A DNA stretch of 26,735 nucleotides from a virus (Duplodnaviria > Heunggongvirae > Uroviricota > Caudoviricetes): positions 1 to 26,735 of IMG/VR virus record IMGVR_UViG_2802429240_000009; one strand, 5' to 3'. The position numbers and the translations under genes are program-made. Below the pieces are notes generated by a model, which saw only the letters and a program-made list of their open reading frames with translations, did no database searches and was not told the origin of the DNA. Of this stretch, positions 7,639 through 16,070 are shown one piece after another. Every line of letters starts with the position of its first letter. Position 1 is the first letter of the stretch.

Positions 7639-8568
7639 ATGGCAAACACTGCTGAGATATTCAATTTTCCAGTGCCGGATGCGGCACAAAAGGAGCCGCG
7701 CGTGGCAGATCTCGATGATGGTTATACGCGCATTGCAAATGAGTTGCTGGAAGCTGTGATGCTGACCGGATTAACACAGCACCAGCTTCTGGTCTTTCTG
7801 GCTGTCATGCGCAAAACATATGGCTTTAATAAAAGACTGGATTGGGTGAGCAACGAGCAACTTTCCGAATTGACCGGGATATTGCCGCACAAGTGTTCTG
7901 CTGCAAAAAGCGTTCTGGTAAAGCGTGGGATTCTTATTCAGAGCGGGCGGAATATCGGCATTAATAATGTGGTCAGTGAATGGTCAACATTACCCGAATC
8001 AGGTAAGAAAAATAAAGTTTACCTGAAAGAGGTAAATTTACCTGAATCAGGTAAGAAAAGTTTACCCAAATCAGGTAAAGGCGTTTACCCGAATCAGGTA
8101 AACACAAAAGACAAACTAACAAAAGACAATATAAAACCTTTTTCGTCCGAGAATTCTGGCGAATCCTCTGACCAGCCAGAAAACGATCTTCCTGTGGTGA
8201 AACCGGATGCTGCAATTCAGAGCGGCAGCAAGTGGGGGACAGCAGAAGACCTGACCGCCGCAGAGTGGATGTTTGACATGGTGAAGACTATCGCACCATC
8301 AGCCAGAAAACCGAATTTTGCTGGGTGGGCTAACGATATCCGCCTGATGCGTGAACGTGACGGACGTAACCACCGCGACATGTGCGTGCTGTTCCGCTGG
8401 GCATGCCAGGACAACTTCTGGTCCGGTAACGTGCTGAGCCCGGCCAAACTCCGCGATAAGTGGACCCAACTCGAAATCAACCGTAACAAGCAACAGGCAG
8501 GCGTGATAGCCAGCAAACCAAAACTCGACCTGACGAACACTGACTGGATTTACGGGGTGGAGCTATGA
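7639..8568 (+). CDS. O: Replication initiator O (hybrid: divergent N-terminal iteron-binding domain, lambda-like C-terminal domain)
   Basis: N-terminus MANTAEIFNF...VADLDDGY parallels lambda O; C-terminus (AEWMFDMVKTIAPSARKPNFAGWANDIRLMRERDGRNHRDMCVLFRWACQDNFWSGNVLSPAKLRDKWTQLEINRNKQQAG...) is lambda-like. GGGAGG precedes the ATG at 7639. An alternative coupled start at 7549 exists. The gene contains the iteron array. Confidence 0.8.
   Translation: MANTAEIFNFPVPDAAQKEPRVADLDDGYTRIANELLEAVMLTGLTQHQLLVFLAVMRKTYGFNKRLDWVSNEQLSELTGILPHKCSAAKSVLVKRGILIQSGRNIGINNVVSEWSTLPESGKKNKVYLKEVNLPESGKKSLPKSGKGVYPNQVNTKDKLTKDNIKPFSSENSGESSDQPENDLPVVKPDAAIQSGSKWGTAEDLTAAEWMFDMVKTIAPSARKPNFAGWANDIRLMRERDGRNHRDMCVLFRWACQDNFWSGNVLSPAKLRDKWTQLEINRNKQQAGVIASKPKLDLTNTDWIYGVEL
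7990..8145. repeat. Origin of replication: five near-palindromic iterons plus an AT-rich tract inside O
   Basis: Iterons of consensus TTTACC(C/T)GAATCAGGTAA at 7990-8006, 8018-8036, 8037-8054, 8061-8079 and 8084-8102, followed by the A/T-rich stretch 8103-8145. This is the same architecture as ori-lambda. Confidence 0.8.
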
Positions 8569-9266
8569 AAAACATCGCCGCACAGATGGTTAACTTTGAC
8601 CGTGAGCAGATGCGTCGGATCGCCAACAACATGCCGGAACAGTACGACGAAAAGCCGCAGGTACAACAGGTAGCGCAGATCATCAATGGTGTGTTCAGCC
8701 AGTTACTAGCAACTTTCCCGGCGAGCCTGGCTAACCGGGACCAGAACGAACTGAACGAAATCCGCCGCCAGTGGGTGCTGGCTTTCCGGGAAAACGGGAT
8801 CACCACAATGGAACAGGTTAACGCAGGAATGCGCGTAGCCCGTCGGCAGAATCGACCATTCCTGCCATCACCCGGGCAGTTTGTCGCCTGGTGCCGGGAA
8901 GAAGCATCCATTACCGCCGGGCTGCCAAACGCCAGCGAGCTGGTTGATATGGTTTACGAGTATTGCCGGAAGCGTGGCCTGTATCCGGACGCAGAGTCTT
9001 ATCCATGGAAATCGAACGCGCACTACTGGCTGGTTACCAACCTGTACCAGAACATGCGAGCCAATGCGCTGACTGACGCGGAATTACGGCGCAAGGCTGC
9101 CGATGAACTGACCTGTATGACAGCGCGAATTAACCGTGGTGAGGCTATACCTGAACCAGTAAAACAACTTCCTGTCATGGGCGGTAGACCTCTAAATCGT
9201 GCACAGGCTCTGGCGAAGATCGCAGAAATCAAAGCTAAGTTTGGGCTTAAAGGAGCAAGTGTATGA
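8565..9266 (+). CDS. P: Replication protein P (DnaB helicase loader), 233 aa
   Basis: Near-identical to lambda P as recalled (MKNIAAQMVNFDREQMRRIANNMPEQYDEKPQVQQVAQIINGVFSQLLATFPASLANRDQNE...). Confidence 0.95.
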   Translation: MKNIAAQMVNFDREQMRRIANNMPEQYDEKPQVQQVAQIINGVFSQLLATFPASLANRDQNELNEIRRQWVLAFRENGITTMEQVNAGMRVARRQNRPFLPSPGQFVAWCREEASITAGLPNASELVDMVYEYCRKRGLYPDAESYPWKSNAHYWLVTNLYQNMRANALTDAELRRKAADELTCMTARINRGEAIPEPVKQLPVMGGRPLNRAQALAKIAEIKAKFGLKGASV

Positions 9267-9565
9267 CGGGCAAAGAGGCAATTATTCATTACCTGGGGAC
9301 TCATAAGAACTTCTGTGCGCAGGACGTTGCCGCGGTAACAGGCGCAACCGTAACCAGCATAAATCAGGCTGCGGCTAAAATGGCGCGGGCAGGAATCCTG
9401 GTCGTTGATGGTAAGGTCTGGCGAACGGTGTATTACCGGTTCGCTACCAGAGAAGAACGGGAAGGAAAGGTGAGCACGAATCTGATTTTTAAGGAGTGTC
9501 GCCAGAGTGCCGCGATGAAACGGGTATTGAGGGTATATAAAAGAACATCAATGGGTACACAATGA
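9263..9565 (+). CDS. ren: Ren protein (100 aa)
   Basis: Close match to lambda Ren (MTGKEAIIHYLGTHKNFCAQDVAAVTGATVTSINQAAAKMARAG...). Start overlaps the P stop. Confidence 0.9.
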   Translation: MTGKEAIIHYLGTHKNFCAQDVAAVTGATVTSINQAAAKMARAGILVVDGKVWRTVYYRFATREEREGKVSTNLIFKECRQSAAMKRVLRVYKRTSMGTQ

Positions 9566-9632
9566 TGAAACAGGTGAGTTGAGTTCAAACTGTAGTACAA
9601 TTCTCTCCAGTTTGAACAGGAAAGAATATGCT

Positions 9633-9965
9633 ATGAACCCTTATATTTATCTTGGTGGTGCAATACTTGCAGAGGTCATTGGTACAACCTTAATGAAGTT
9701 TTCAGAAGGTTTTACACGGTTATGGCCATCTGTTGGTACAATTATTTGTTATTGTGCATCATTCTGGTTATTAGCTCAGACGCTGGCTTATATTCCTACA
9801 GGGATTGCTTATGCTATCTGGTCAGGAGTCGGTATTGTCCTGATTAGCTTACTGTCATGGGGACTTTTCGGCCAACGGCTGGACCTGCCAGCCATTATAG
9901 GCATGATGTTGATTTGTGCCGGTGTGTTGGTTATTAATTTATTGTCACGAAGCACACCACATTAA
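9633..9965 (+). CDS. emrE: EmrE small multidrug resistance (SMR) efflux transporter, 110 aa
   Basis: Matches E. coli EmrE essentially residue for residue from MNPYIYLGGAILAEVIGTTLMKFSEGF, including the conserved Glu14. The ORF-track start at 9579 is an upstream extension covering a hairpin. AT-rich relative to the backbone. Confidence 0.95.
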   Translation: MNPYIYLGGAILAEVIGTTLMKFSEGFTRLWPSVGTIICYCASFWLLAQTLAYIPTGIAYAIWSGVGIVLISLLSWGLFGQRLDLPAIIGMMLICAGVLVINLLSRSTPH

Positions 9966-9995
9966 AATAATTTGTTTCTAAACGACTAAAATATG

Positions 9996-10036
9996 GAGGC
10001 TCTTATATTTATATGAGCCTCGTTTTATGCTTTTTG
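9996..10036 (+). terminator. Intrinsic terminator after emrE
   Basis: GAGGCTC (9996-10002) and GAGCCTC (10015-10021) form a 7-bp stem with a 12-nt AT loop, followed by GTTTTATGCTTTTTG. Confidence 0.6.
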
Positions 10037-10219
10037 TTAATGTCTTTATTTTTTATGTATTCTTTTGTGCTTTCAAGATTATGGCGTAAGAAAATTGCAA
10101 TACGATTATTGTTGTATATTCAAGATAATGTGACCTTAATTGTCTTTTTAAATAAAAATTAAACAAAAATTATATCCCACCACTAAGGTTTATAAAAGCA
10201 TACGTTAGCAGGTGTCACC

Positions 10220-11746
10220 ATGAAAAAAGCCATAGCATATATGCGATTTTCATCACCAGGTCAGATGTCTGGTGACTCATTAAACCGACAGAGAAGACTT
10301 ATTGCTGAATGGTTAAAGGTAAATAGTGATTATTATCTTGATACCATAACATATGAAGATTTAGGATTAAGTGCATTCAAAGGAAAGCATGCACAATCAG
10401 GAGCTTTTTCGGAATTTTTAGATGCTATAGAGCATGGTTATATATTGCCAGGAACTACATTGTTAGTTGAAAGTCTGGACAGACTTTCAAGAGAAAAAGT
10501 CGGTGAAGCGATTGAACGTCTGAAATTGATTTTGAATCACGGTATTGATGTTATAACTCTTTGCGACAATACAGTCTATAATATTGACTCTTTGAATGAG
10601 CCATATTCATTAATAAAAGCCATACTTATAGCACAAAGGGCAAATGAAGAAAGCGAGATAAAGTCAAGTCGGGTTAAATTATCATGGAAGAAAAAACGGC
10701 AGGATGCACTGGAATCAGGTACGATTATGACGGCGTCTTGTCCGAGATGGCTCTCATTGGATGACAAAAGAACGGCTTTTGTTCCAGACCCCGACAGGGT
10801 GAAAACTATTGAGCTAATTTTTAAACTCAGGATGGAAAGGCGCTCATTGAATGCAATAGCCAAGTATTTAAATGATCATGCTGTAAAGAATTTCTCAGGA
10901 AAAGAAAGTGCATGGGGACCTTCTGTAATTGAAAAATTATTAGCGAATAAAGCTCTGATAGGTATATGCGTACCTTCATATCGTGCAAGAGGGAAAGGGA
11001 TAAGTGAAATCGCTGGCTATTATCCCAGAGTCATATCAGATGATTTGTTTTACGCTGTACAGGAAATTCGGTTGGCACCTTTTGGTATTAGCAATAGTAG
11101 CAAGAATCCTATGCTAATAAATCTACTTCGAACAGTTATGAAGTGTGAGGCTTGTGGTAATACCATGATTGTTCATGCGGTATCTGGAAGTTTGCATGGC
11201 TATTATGTTTGTCCGATGAGAAGATTACATCGATGTGACAGGCCATCAATAAAAAGAGATTTGGTTGATTATAATATCATTAATGAATTGCTTTTTAATT
11301 GTAGCAAAATTCAACCAGTTGAAAACAAGAAAGATGCTAATGAAACTTTAGAGTTAAAAATTATTGAGCTTCAGATGAAAATTAATAATTTAATTGCTGC
11401 ATTATCTGTTGCGCCTGAAGTTACCGCTATAGCAGAAAAAATCAGAGTATTAGATAAGGAATTACGAAGGGCTTCTGTATCATTAAAAACTTTGAAGAGT
11501 AAAGCGGTGAGCTCACTTGGTGATTTTCATGCTATTGACTTAACCAGTAAAAATGGGCGAGAGCTATGTCGTACACTTGCCTATAAAACATTCGAAAAAA
11601 TCATAATCAATACAGATAATAAAACCTGTGATATCTATTTTATGAATGGCATTGTTTTTAAACACTATCCTTTAATGAAAACAATATCCGCCCAGCAGGC
11701 GATAAGTACTCTCAAATATATGGTTGATGGTGAGGTTTATTTTTGA
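10220..11746 (+). CDS. ybcK: Large serine recombinase (resolvase/invertase-type catalytic domain, recombinase domain, zinc ribbon), 508 aa
   Basis: N-terminal AIAYMRFSSPGQ with the probable catalytic Ser, then LNRQRRLI. Cys pairs CEACGN...YYVCPMRRLHRC form the zinc ribbon, and the C-terminus is coiled-coil-like. Size and position after emrE match DLP12 ybcK as I recall it. AT-rich. Confidence 0.85.
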   Translation: MKKAIAYMRFSSPGQMSGDSLNRQRRLIAEWLKVNSDYYLDTITYEDLGLSAFKGKHAQSGAFSEFLDAIEHGYILPGTTLLVESLDRLSREKVGEAIERLKLILNHGIDVITLCDNTVYNIDSLNEPYSLIKAILIAQRANEESEIKSSRVKLSWKKKRQDALESGTIMTASCPRWLSLDDKRTAFVPDPDRVKTIELIFKLRMERRSLNAIAKYLNDHAVKNFSGKESAWGPSVIEKLLANKALIGICVPSYRARGKGISEIAGYYPRVISDDLFYAVQEIRLAPFGISNSSKNPMLINLLRTVMKCEACGNTMIVHAVSGSLHGYYVCPMRRLHRCDRPSIKRDLVDYNIINELLFNCSKIQPVENKKDANETLELKIIELQMKINNLIAALSVAPEVTAIAEKIRVLDKELRRASVSLKTLKSKAVSSLGDFHAIDLTSKNGRELCRTLAYKTFEKIIINTDNKTCDIYFMNGIVFKHYPLMKTISAQQAISTLKYMVDGEVYF

Positions 11747-11857
11747 GTAATAATCACTTTTTCAACCGTGCTATAGTAAGAAAGTTAGGTAAGTACAATA
11801 AAATTATCTATCCTGAACGAAGCGTCCTGAGCTATGATTTTACTATAGGGACTGCCA

Positions 11858-12181
11858 ATGGATGCTGGCGTTCTCGTTCTAGCAGTTCAACAATCCCCAA
11901 TCACAAAACAATTCACTGATAACGAACTTTGCACACTCGCCTGGTTATGGCGAGCAGGGAATGTGATGTTAATTGCCTACCAGAACGTTACTCATCTTCT
12001 TCAGGATGCGGAGCATGGTGAAGCTGGTCACTTCACTTCCATCGAGCAAGAATATCCCCAGATACTCAACAGAGCGCGAGCAATCCTCGTCCGAGAAACG
12101 GCACATGTAAAACTTCAGCCGTGGCAGGATGATAAGTGGAGTCGAGTATTGCCGCATTTACCTCAGAATCTGTTTCAATAA
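11858..12181 (+). CDS. Hypothetical protein (107 aa)
   Basis: ORF only, with a weak ribosome-binding site and no recognisable motif. Its base composition is more GC-rich than the flanking AT-rich genes. It is followed by a perfect 10-bp hairpin. Confidence 0.3.
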   Translation: MDAGVLVLAVQQSPITKQFTDNELCTLAWLWRAGNVMLIAYQNVTHLLQDAEHGEAGHFTSIEQEYPQILNRARAILVRETAHVKLQPWQDDKWSRVLPHLPQNLFQ

Positions 12182-12199
12182 AGGCGCTAGTTAGTAAGG

Positions 12200-12225
12200 C
12201 TTCCGTCATTCTGCGATGACGGAAG
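12200..12225. other. Perfect 10-bp stem / 6-nt loop hairpin (CTTCCGTCAT-tctgcg-ATGACGGAAG) with no U-tract
   Basis: Read directly from the sequence. It lies 19 nt after the stop of the 107-aa ORF and 130 nt upstream of the HNH gene. Confidence 0.5.
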
Positions 12226-12355
12226 TGCGGGCTGCGTACGGGAGAGCAATTGCATGAATAATATAAATATTCCGCTCACTCCATATAGCGATTTCTGATA
12301 CAAACTTATCTATTGTGGTAAAATTATAGAAACAAACTTATAGCGTACTAACCAT

Positions 12356-13138
12356 ATGGACAATATTAATAAACACGGGCTCTCAAGAAGAATACCTGAG
12401 ACAATAAAACGTCAGATAAGGCAAAGGTGCGGCTTTGGCTGTGTAATTTGTGGATTTGGATTTTATGATTATGAGCATTTTAAACCTGACTTCGTTGATG
12501 CCAAAGTACATGATCCGAATGGAATGACACTTCTTTGCTCCCAATGCAATCAAAAAAGAGCTCGTGGTAGACTTTCAGCACAGACAGTGGAAATAGCTGA
12601 CAGAAATCCCAAGTGCTTACAGGCTGGTTTTGCAAATGAAATGTTTGATTTTCATAATGAGCCTATAACAGTAAAATTTGCAGGAGTGACGTTTCATAAC
12701 TGTCAAAATTTGATTGTAGTCAATGAACAACCCATTCTTTCTGTGAAACCTTCACCCATACCACATGGACCGATGCTTTTATCAGGAATTTTCTGTAATT
12801 CTATTGGTAAGGAGACTTTACTGATAGATGAAAATGAATGGAAAGCTAAATCAGACAATTGGGATGTGGAGTGTACCGGCCCGCGTATAACAATACGACG
12901 TGGGCCAGGAGAGTTTGCCCTCGTTCTAAAAATGGAACCTCCAACAGGATTGATTGTTGAGCGTCTTGATATGTTGTATGAAGGGGTCAGGATGAAAGGA
13001 GATAAAGATCTGCTGGAAGTTTCGATTAATGGAGGTCCCTTGCACAGATGGCAATCATGCTCAATGTCAAATTGCCATACAGGGCTTGCGATTCAGGGCG
13101 GTATTAGAGCTGCTAATGATCCTTTGTATTGCGCCTAA
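12356..13138 (+). CDS. HNH-nuclease-domain protein with an uncharacterised C-terminal domain of about 190 aa (260 aa)
   Basis: N-terminal Cys4 HNH signature: CGFGCVICG ... YDYEHFKPDF ... DPNGMTLLCSQCNQ. The remainder is unrecognised. AT-rich. Confidence 0.7.
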   Translation: MDNINKHGLSRRIPETIKRQIRQRCGFGCVICGFGFYDYEHFKPDFVDAKVHDPNGMTLLCSQCNQKRARGRLSAQTVEIADRNPKCLQAGFANEMFDFHNEPITVKFAGVTFHNCQNLIVVNEQPILSVKPSPIPHGPMLLSGIFCNSIGKETLLIDENEWKAKSDNWDVECTGPRITIRRGPGEFALVLKMEPPTGLIVERLDMLYEGVRMKGDKDLLEVSINGGPLHRWQSCSMSNCHTGLAIQGGIRAANDPLYCA

Positions 13139-13178
13139 ATCCACTAAATTGATTTTCAACAATCAACTTGCCATAATT

Positions 13179-13211
13179 AAGTCACCGGAGTTTGAACTCC
13201 TCCGGTGACTT
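13179..13211. other. Perfect 12-bp stem / 9-nt loop hairpin (AAGTCACCGGAG...CTCCGGTGACTT) at the island/nin boundary
   Basis: Read directly from the sequence. It lies 41 nt after the HNH stop, with no convincing U-tract on either strand. Confidence 0.5.
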
Positions 13212-13330
13212 CTGCGCTAAACGGGGACGTTTATGCGCACATACAATCCAACCTCTCTTCTCCATTCTCAGATGCAGAAATGCACCTGCGATATTTTGCA
13301 TCCAGCGTTTGATCTCTGCGGAGGTGAAGC

Positions 13331-13786
13331 GTGAACCTCCCACAAGATGGTATCAAATTGCATCGCGGTAACTTCACCGCTATCGGTCGGCAGATCCAGC
13401 CTTATCTGGAGGACGGCAAATGCTTTCGCATGGTGCTTAAACCGTGGCGCGAGAGACGCAGTCTTTCCCAGAATGCACTCAGCCACATGTGGTACAGCGA
13501 AATCAGTGAATACCTCATCAGCAAGGGTAAAACGTTCGCCACTCCAGCTTGGGTAAAAGATGCTCTCAAACACACATATCTCGGTTATGAAACCAAAGAC
13601 CTGGTTGATGTCGTAACCGGTGATATCACCACTATCCAGTCGTTACGCCATACCTCCGATCTTGATACCGGAGAGATGTATGTCTTCCTGTGTAAGGTTG
13701 AAGCCTGGGCGGTGAATATTGGCTGCCACCTGACTATTCCGCAGAGCTGCGAGTTCCAGCTGCTCCGCGACAAGCAGGAGGCGTAA
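13331..13786 (+). CDS. ybcN: NinB/Orf-family recombination protein (151 aa)
   Basis: Position at the head of the nin region and a NinB-like motif ([20 protein letters not shown]). The stop overlaps the ninE start (TAATG). Size matches DLP12 YbcN as recalled. Confidence 0.75.
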   Translation: MNLPQDGIKLHRGNFTAIGRQIQPYLEDGKCFRMVLKPWRERRSLSQNALSHMWYSEISEYLISKGKTFATPAWVKDALKHTYLGYETKDLVDVVTGDITTIQSLRHTSDLDTGEMYVFLCKVEAWAVNIGCHLTIPQSCEFQLLRDKQEA

Positions 13787-13956
13787 TGGCTACACCGCTT
13801 ATTCGTGTCATGAACGGACACATCTACAGAGTACCAAATCGTCGTAAGCGTAAACCTGAGCTGAAGCCATCCGAAATACCAACACTGCTCGGATATACCG
13901 CCAGCTTGGTTGATAAAAAATGGTTGCGACTGGCAGCAAGGAGGAGTCATGGCTGA
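13786..13956 (+). CDS. ninE: NinE (56 aa)
   Basis: Translation by hand gives [56 protein letters not shown]. It is below the ORF-track cutoff and coupled to both neighbours. Confidence 0.7.
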   Translation: MATPLIRVMNGHIYRVPNRRKRKPELKPSEIPTLLGYTASLVDKKWLRLAARRSHG

Positions 13957-14239
13957 TTTGAGAAAAGCAGCGCGTGGTCGGGAATGCCAGGTAAGAATCC
14001 CTGGCGTATGTAATGGCAATTCTGAAACGTCTGTACTGGCACATATCCGGCTGGCTGGATTGTGCGGTACCGGTATCAAACCGCCAGACCTGATTGCCAC
14101 CATTGCATGTTCTGCCTGCCACGACGAAATCGACCGCCGCACACATTTTGTCGATGCTGCATATGCAAAAGAATGCGCGCTGGAAGGTATGGCGAGAACA
14201 CAGGTTATCTGGCTGAAAGAGGGGGTTATTAAGGCGTGA
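13949..14239 (+). CDS. ybcO: Nin-region Cys-rich protein, YbcO-like (96 aa)
   Basis: Starts [23 protein letters not shown], carries four or more Cys and sits between ninE and rusA. The start is chosen at the ATG overlapping the ninE stop. Confidence 0.75.
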   Translation: MADLRKAARGRECQVRIPGVCNGNSETSVLAHIRLAGLCGTGIKPPDLIATIACSACHDEIDRRTHFVDAAYAKECALEGMARTQVIWLKEGVIKA

Positions 14240-14598
14240 ATACCTACAGTATCACATTACCCTGGCCTCCGAGCAATAATCGCTATTACCGCCATAATCG
14301 CGGGCGCACGCACGTCAGTGCAGAGGGGCAGGCATACCGCGATAACGTCGCCCGAATCATTAAAAACGCAATGCTGGATATCGGCCTGGCTATGCCTGTG
14401 AAAATCAGCATTGAGTGCCACATGCCGGATTGCCGTAGCCGTGACCTGGATAATCTGCAAAAAGCCGCTTTTGACGCACTCACTAAAGCAGGTTTCTGGC
14501 TGGATGATGCTCAGGTCGTTGATTACCGCGTTGTGAAGATGCCTGTTACCAAAGGTGGGAGGCTGGAACTGACCATCACCGAAATGGGGAATGAATGA
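14236..14598 (+). CDS. rusA: RusA Holliday-junction resolvase (120 aa)
   Basis: Matches E. coli RusA as recalled ([56 protein letters not shown]...[51 protein letters not shown]). GTG start. Confidence 0.95.
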   Translation: MNTYSITLPWPPSNNRYYRHNRGRTHVSAEGQAYRDNVARIIKNAMLDIGLAMPVKISIECHMPDCRSRDLDNLQKAAFDALTKAGFWLDDAQVVDYRVVKMPVTKGGRLELTITEMGNE

Positions 14599-14735
14599 TG
14601 TTTGAGTTTAATATGGCAGAACTTCTTCGCCACCGCTGGGGGCGTCTGCGCTTATATCGTTTCCCCGGCTCTGTTTTGACCGATTACCGAATACTGAAGA
14701 ATTACGCCAAAACACTGACAGGAGCAGGAGTATGA
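14595..14735 (+). CDS. ylcG: Small nin-region protein, YlcG-like (46 aa)
   Basis: Its ATG overlaps the rusA stop. Translation is [46 protein letters not shown]. Below the ORF-track cutoff. Confidence 0.5.
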   Translation: MMFEFNMAELLRHRWGRLRLYRFPGSVLTDYRILKNYAKTLTGAGV

Positions 14736-14820
14736 AGTCAGAGATAACAATCAACTAATACTGTTTTGTTGATTTTTGCTTGTAATTGGCGTTCTGGTCT
14801 GAGTTTTGTGGAGTAAGTTG

Positions 14821-15198
14821 ATGCGTGATATTCAGATGGTTCTTGAGCGTTGGGGAGCGTGGGCGGCTAATAATCATGAAGATGTGACCTGGTCGTCCAT
14901 TGCCGCCGGTTTTAAGGGATTAATTCCTTCAAAAGTAAAATCTCGCCCGCAATGTTGTGACGATGACGCGATGATCATTTGCGGGTGCATGGCCCGTCTG
15001 AAAAAGAACAACAGCGATTTGCATGATTTATTGGTGGACTATTATGTCGGCGGCATGACTTTTATGGCGCTTGCACGTAAGCATGGGCGATCTGATTGTT
15101 GGGTTGGCAGGATGCTCCAGAAAGCTGAGGGCGTAGTGGAGGGTATGCTGATGGTGTTGGATCTCCGATTGGAGATGGATGCTGATTGTTCGAAATAA
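14821..15198 (+). CDS. Q: Late-gene antiterminator Q (phage-82/DLP12 QuuD type), 125 aa
   Basis: [35 protein letters not shown]...[12 protein letters not shown] matches the Q82 family. GGAG lies 7 nt upstream of the ATG at 14821. The ORF-track start at 14806 is a TTG extension. Confidence 0.9.
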   Translation: MRDIQMVLERWGAWAANNHEDVTWSSIAAGFKGLIPSKVKSRPQCCDDDAMIICGCMARLKKNNSDLHDLLVDYYVGGMTFMALARKHGRSDCWVGRMLQKAEGVVEGMLMVLDLRLEMDADCSK

Positions 15199-15210
15199 TT
15201 AAAGGAAAAG

Positions 15211-15239
15211 TTGCTGTCTGATTCTCATTAGTCTAACAT
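15211..15239 (+). promoter_or_regulatory. Candidate late promoter pR' (with the Q-utilisation region just downstream)
   Basis: -35 TTGCTG (15211-15216), 17-nt spacer, -10 TAACAT (15234-15239). It is positioned immediately after Q and about 80 nt upstream of a strong terminator, as expected for pR'/tR'. Confidence 0.4.
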
Positions 15240-15296
15240 TTTAAATGTTGGAATCGCAACGTAGTTATTATCATATAACAGCTTGTTTCCTGATTT

Positions 15297-15325
15297 AGCC
15301 AGCCTCCCCAAAGGCTGGTTTTTTT
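15297..15325 (+). terminator. Strong intrinsic terminator (tR'-like) downstream of Q
   Basis: CCAGCCT (15299-15305), loop CCCCAA, AGGCTGG (15312-15318), followed by seven T residues (15319-15325). Confidence 0.65.
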
Positions 15326-15353
15326 CTAATAAGTATTATTTCGGGTAGGGATT

Positions 15354-15878
15354 TTATTGTTTAACCCATAATAATTCATTGACATTGAATCCCAACTTTT
15401 GAGCGGTTCGCACATAGTCTGCTTTTACTTTATCTGGAATAGTTGGGGTCCTTGCCAGAATCCATAGGTATTCTCTGTTCGGACCACTGACAAGAGCATA
15501 CTTATACTCATCATCCAGTTTGATTACATTATAGCCACCATAGAAGGGGCCAAAAAACGAAACCTTCAACGCTGCAGTTTTAGTATCTCCAGTAAAGTAT
15601 GCTTTACCTTCGCTCTCGCTCCATTTATTTTTCGTTGGATCGTATCCACGGTTAAGTACACGAATCCCTCCGTCGTTCCGTTTTCCATAGGTAGCGCTGA
15701 CCTGTTCCAGACCACGTTCGAACCGGTTCTCGAGGCGAGCTATTTCATACCATTTTCCGAGGTAGCGGTTGGCGTCAAAATTTGTAATCGGCTGCACACC
15801 TTTAGGTGGTGTCGGGGCCTTACATGCTATAAGAGTGAAAGAGAGTGCAATGCCAGTCAACACAGGCCATAACTTCAT
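15354..15878 (-). CDS. Bacterial lipocalin (Blc-like) outer-membrane lipoprotein, 174 aa
   Basis: Lipoprotein signal peptide with lipobox (MKLWPVLTGIALSFTLIAC). Lipocalin motifs (NFDANRYLGKWYEIARLENRFERGLE, KVSFFGPFYGGYNVI, YLWILARTP) resemble E. coli Blc as recalled. Opposite strand to the late operon and AT-rich. Confidence 0.8.
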   Translation of the reverse strand: MKLWPVLTGIALSFTLIACKAPTPPKGVQPITNFDANRYLGKWYEIARLENRFERGLEQVSATYGKRNDGGIRVLNRGYDPTKNKWSESEGKAYFTGDTKTAALKVSFFGPFYGGYNVIKLDDEYKYALVSGPNREYLWILARTPTIPDKVKADYVRTAQKLGFNVNELLWVKQ

Positions 15879-15910
15879 AATAAATCCTGTACTTTTGATA
15901 GTTGAGAGTA

Positions 15911-15960
15911 AGTATGAAAGATAGATGATTACGACCGATCACTTAAAGAACTTTCATACT
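15911..15960. promoter_or_regulatory. 10-bp inverted repeat (AGTATGAAAG-N30-CTTTCATACT) in the divergent promoter region
   Basis: Read directly from the sequence. It lies between the lipocalin gene start (15878) and the DUF523/DUF1722 gene start (16071). Confidence 0.3.
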
Positions 15961-16070
15961 ATATTAGGAATAGTCTATAACAGAAAAATTGTCAGTGATG
16001 ACGCCAGAAAGGCAATTTATTCCGTGCACTACACAGTTTATGTGTTAATGAATTAGTCAAGGGGGAGAAT

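Noticed and set aside
9579-9632. N-terminal extension of emrE (ORF-track start at 9579)
   Set aside because: The known EmrE N-terminus MNPYIY starts at 9633 with its own ribosome-binding site. The extension would translate through a strong hairpin.
9583-9632. Possible guanidine riboswitch upstream of the SMR transporter
   Set aside because: Guanidine-II (mini-ykkC) riboswitches require paired hairpins with ACGR loops. The single hairpin here has an unrelated 15-nt loop.
13268-14146. Minus-strand ORFs (101, 185 and 112 aa) across ninB/ninE/ybcO
   Set aside because: They overlap plus-strand genes that have recognisable products and tight translational coupling. No independent support.
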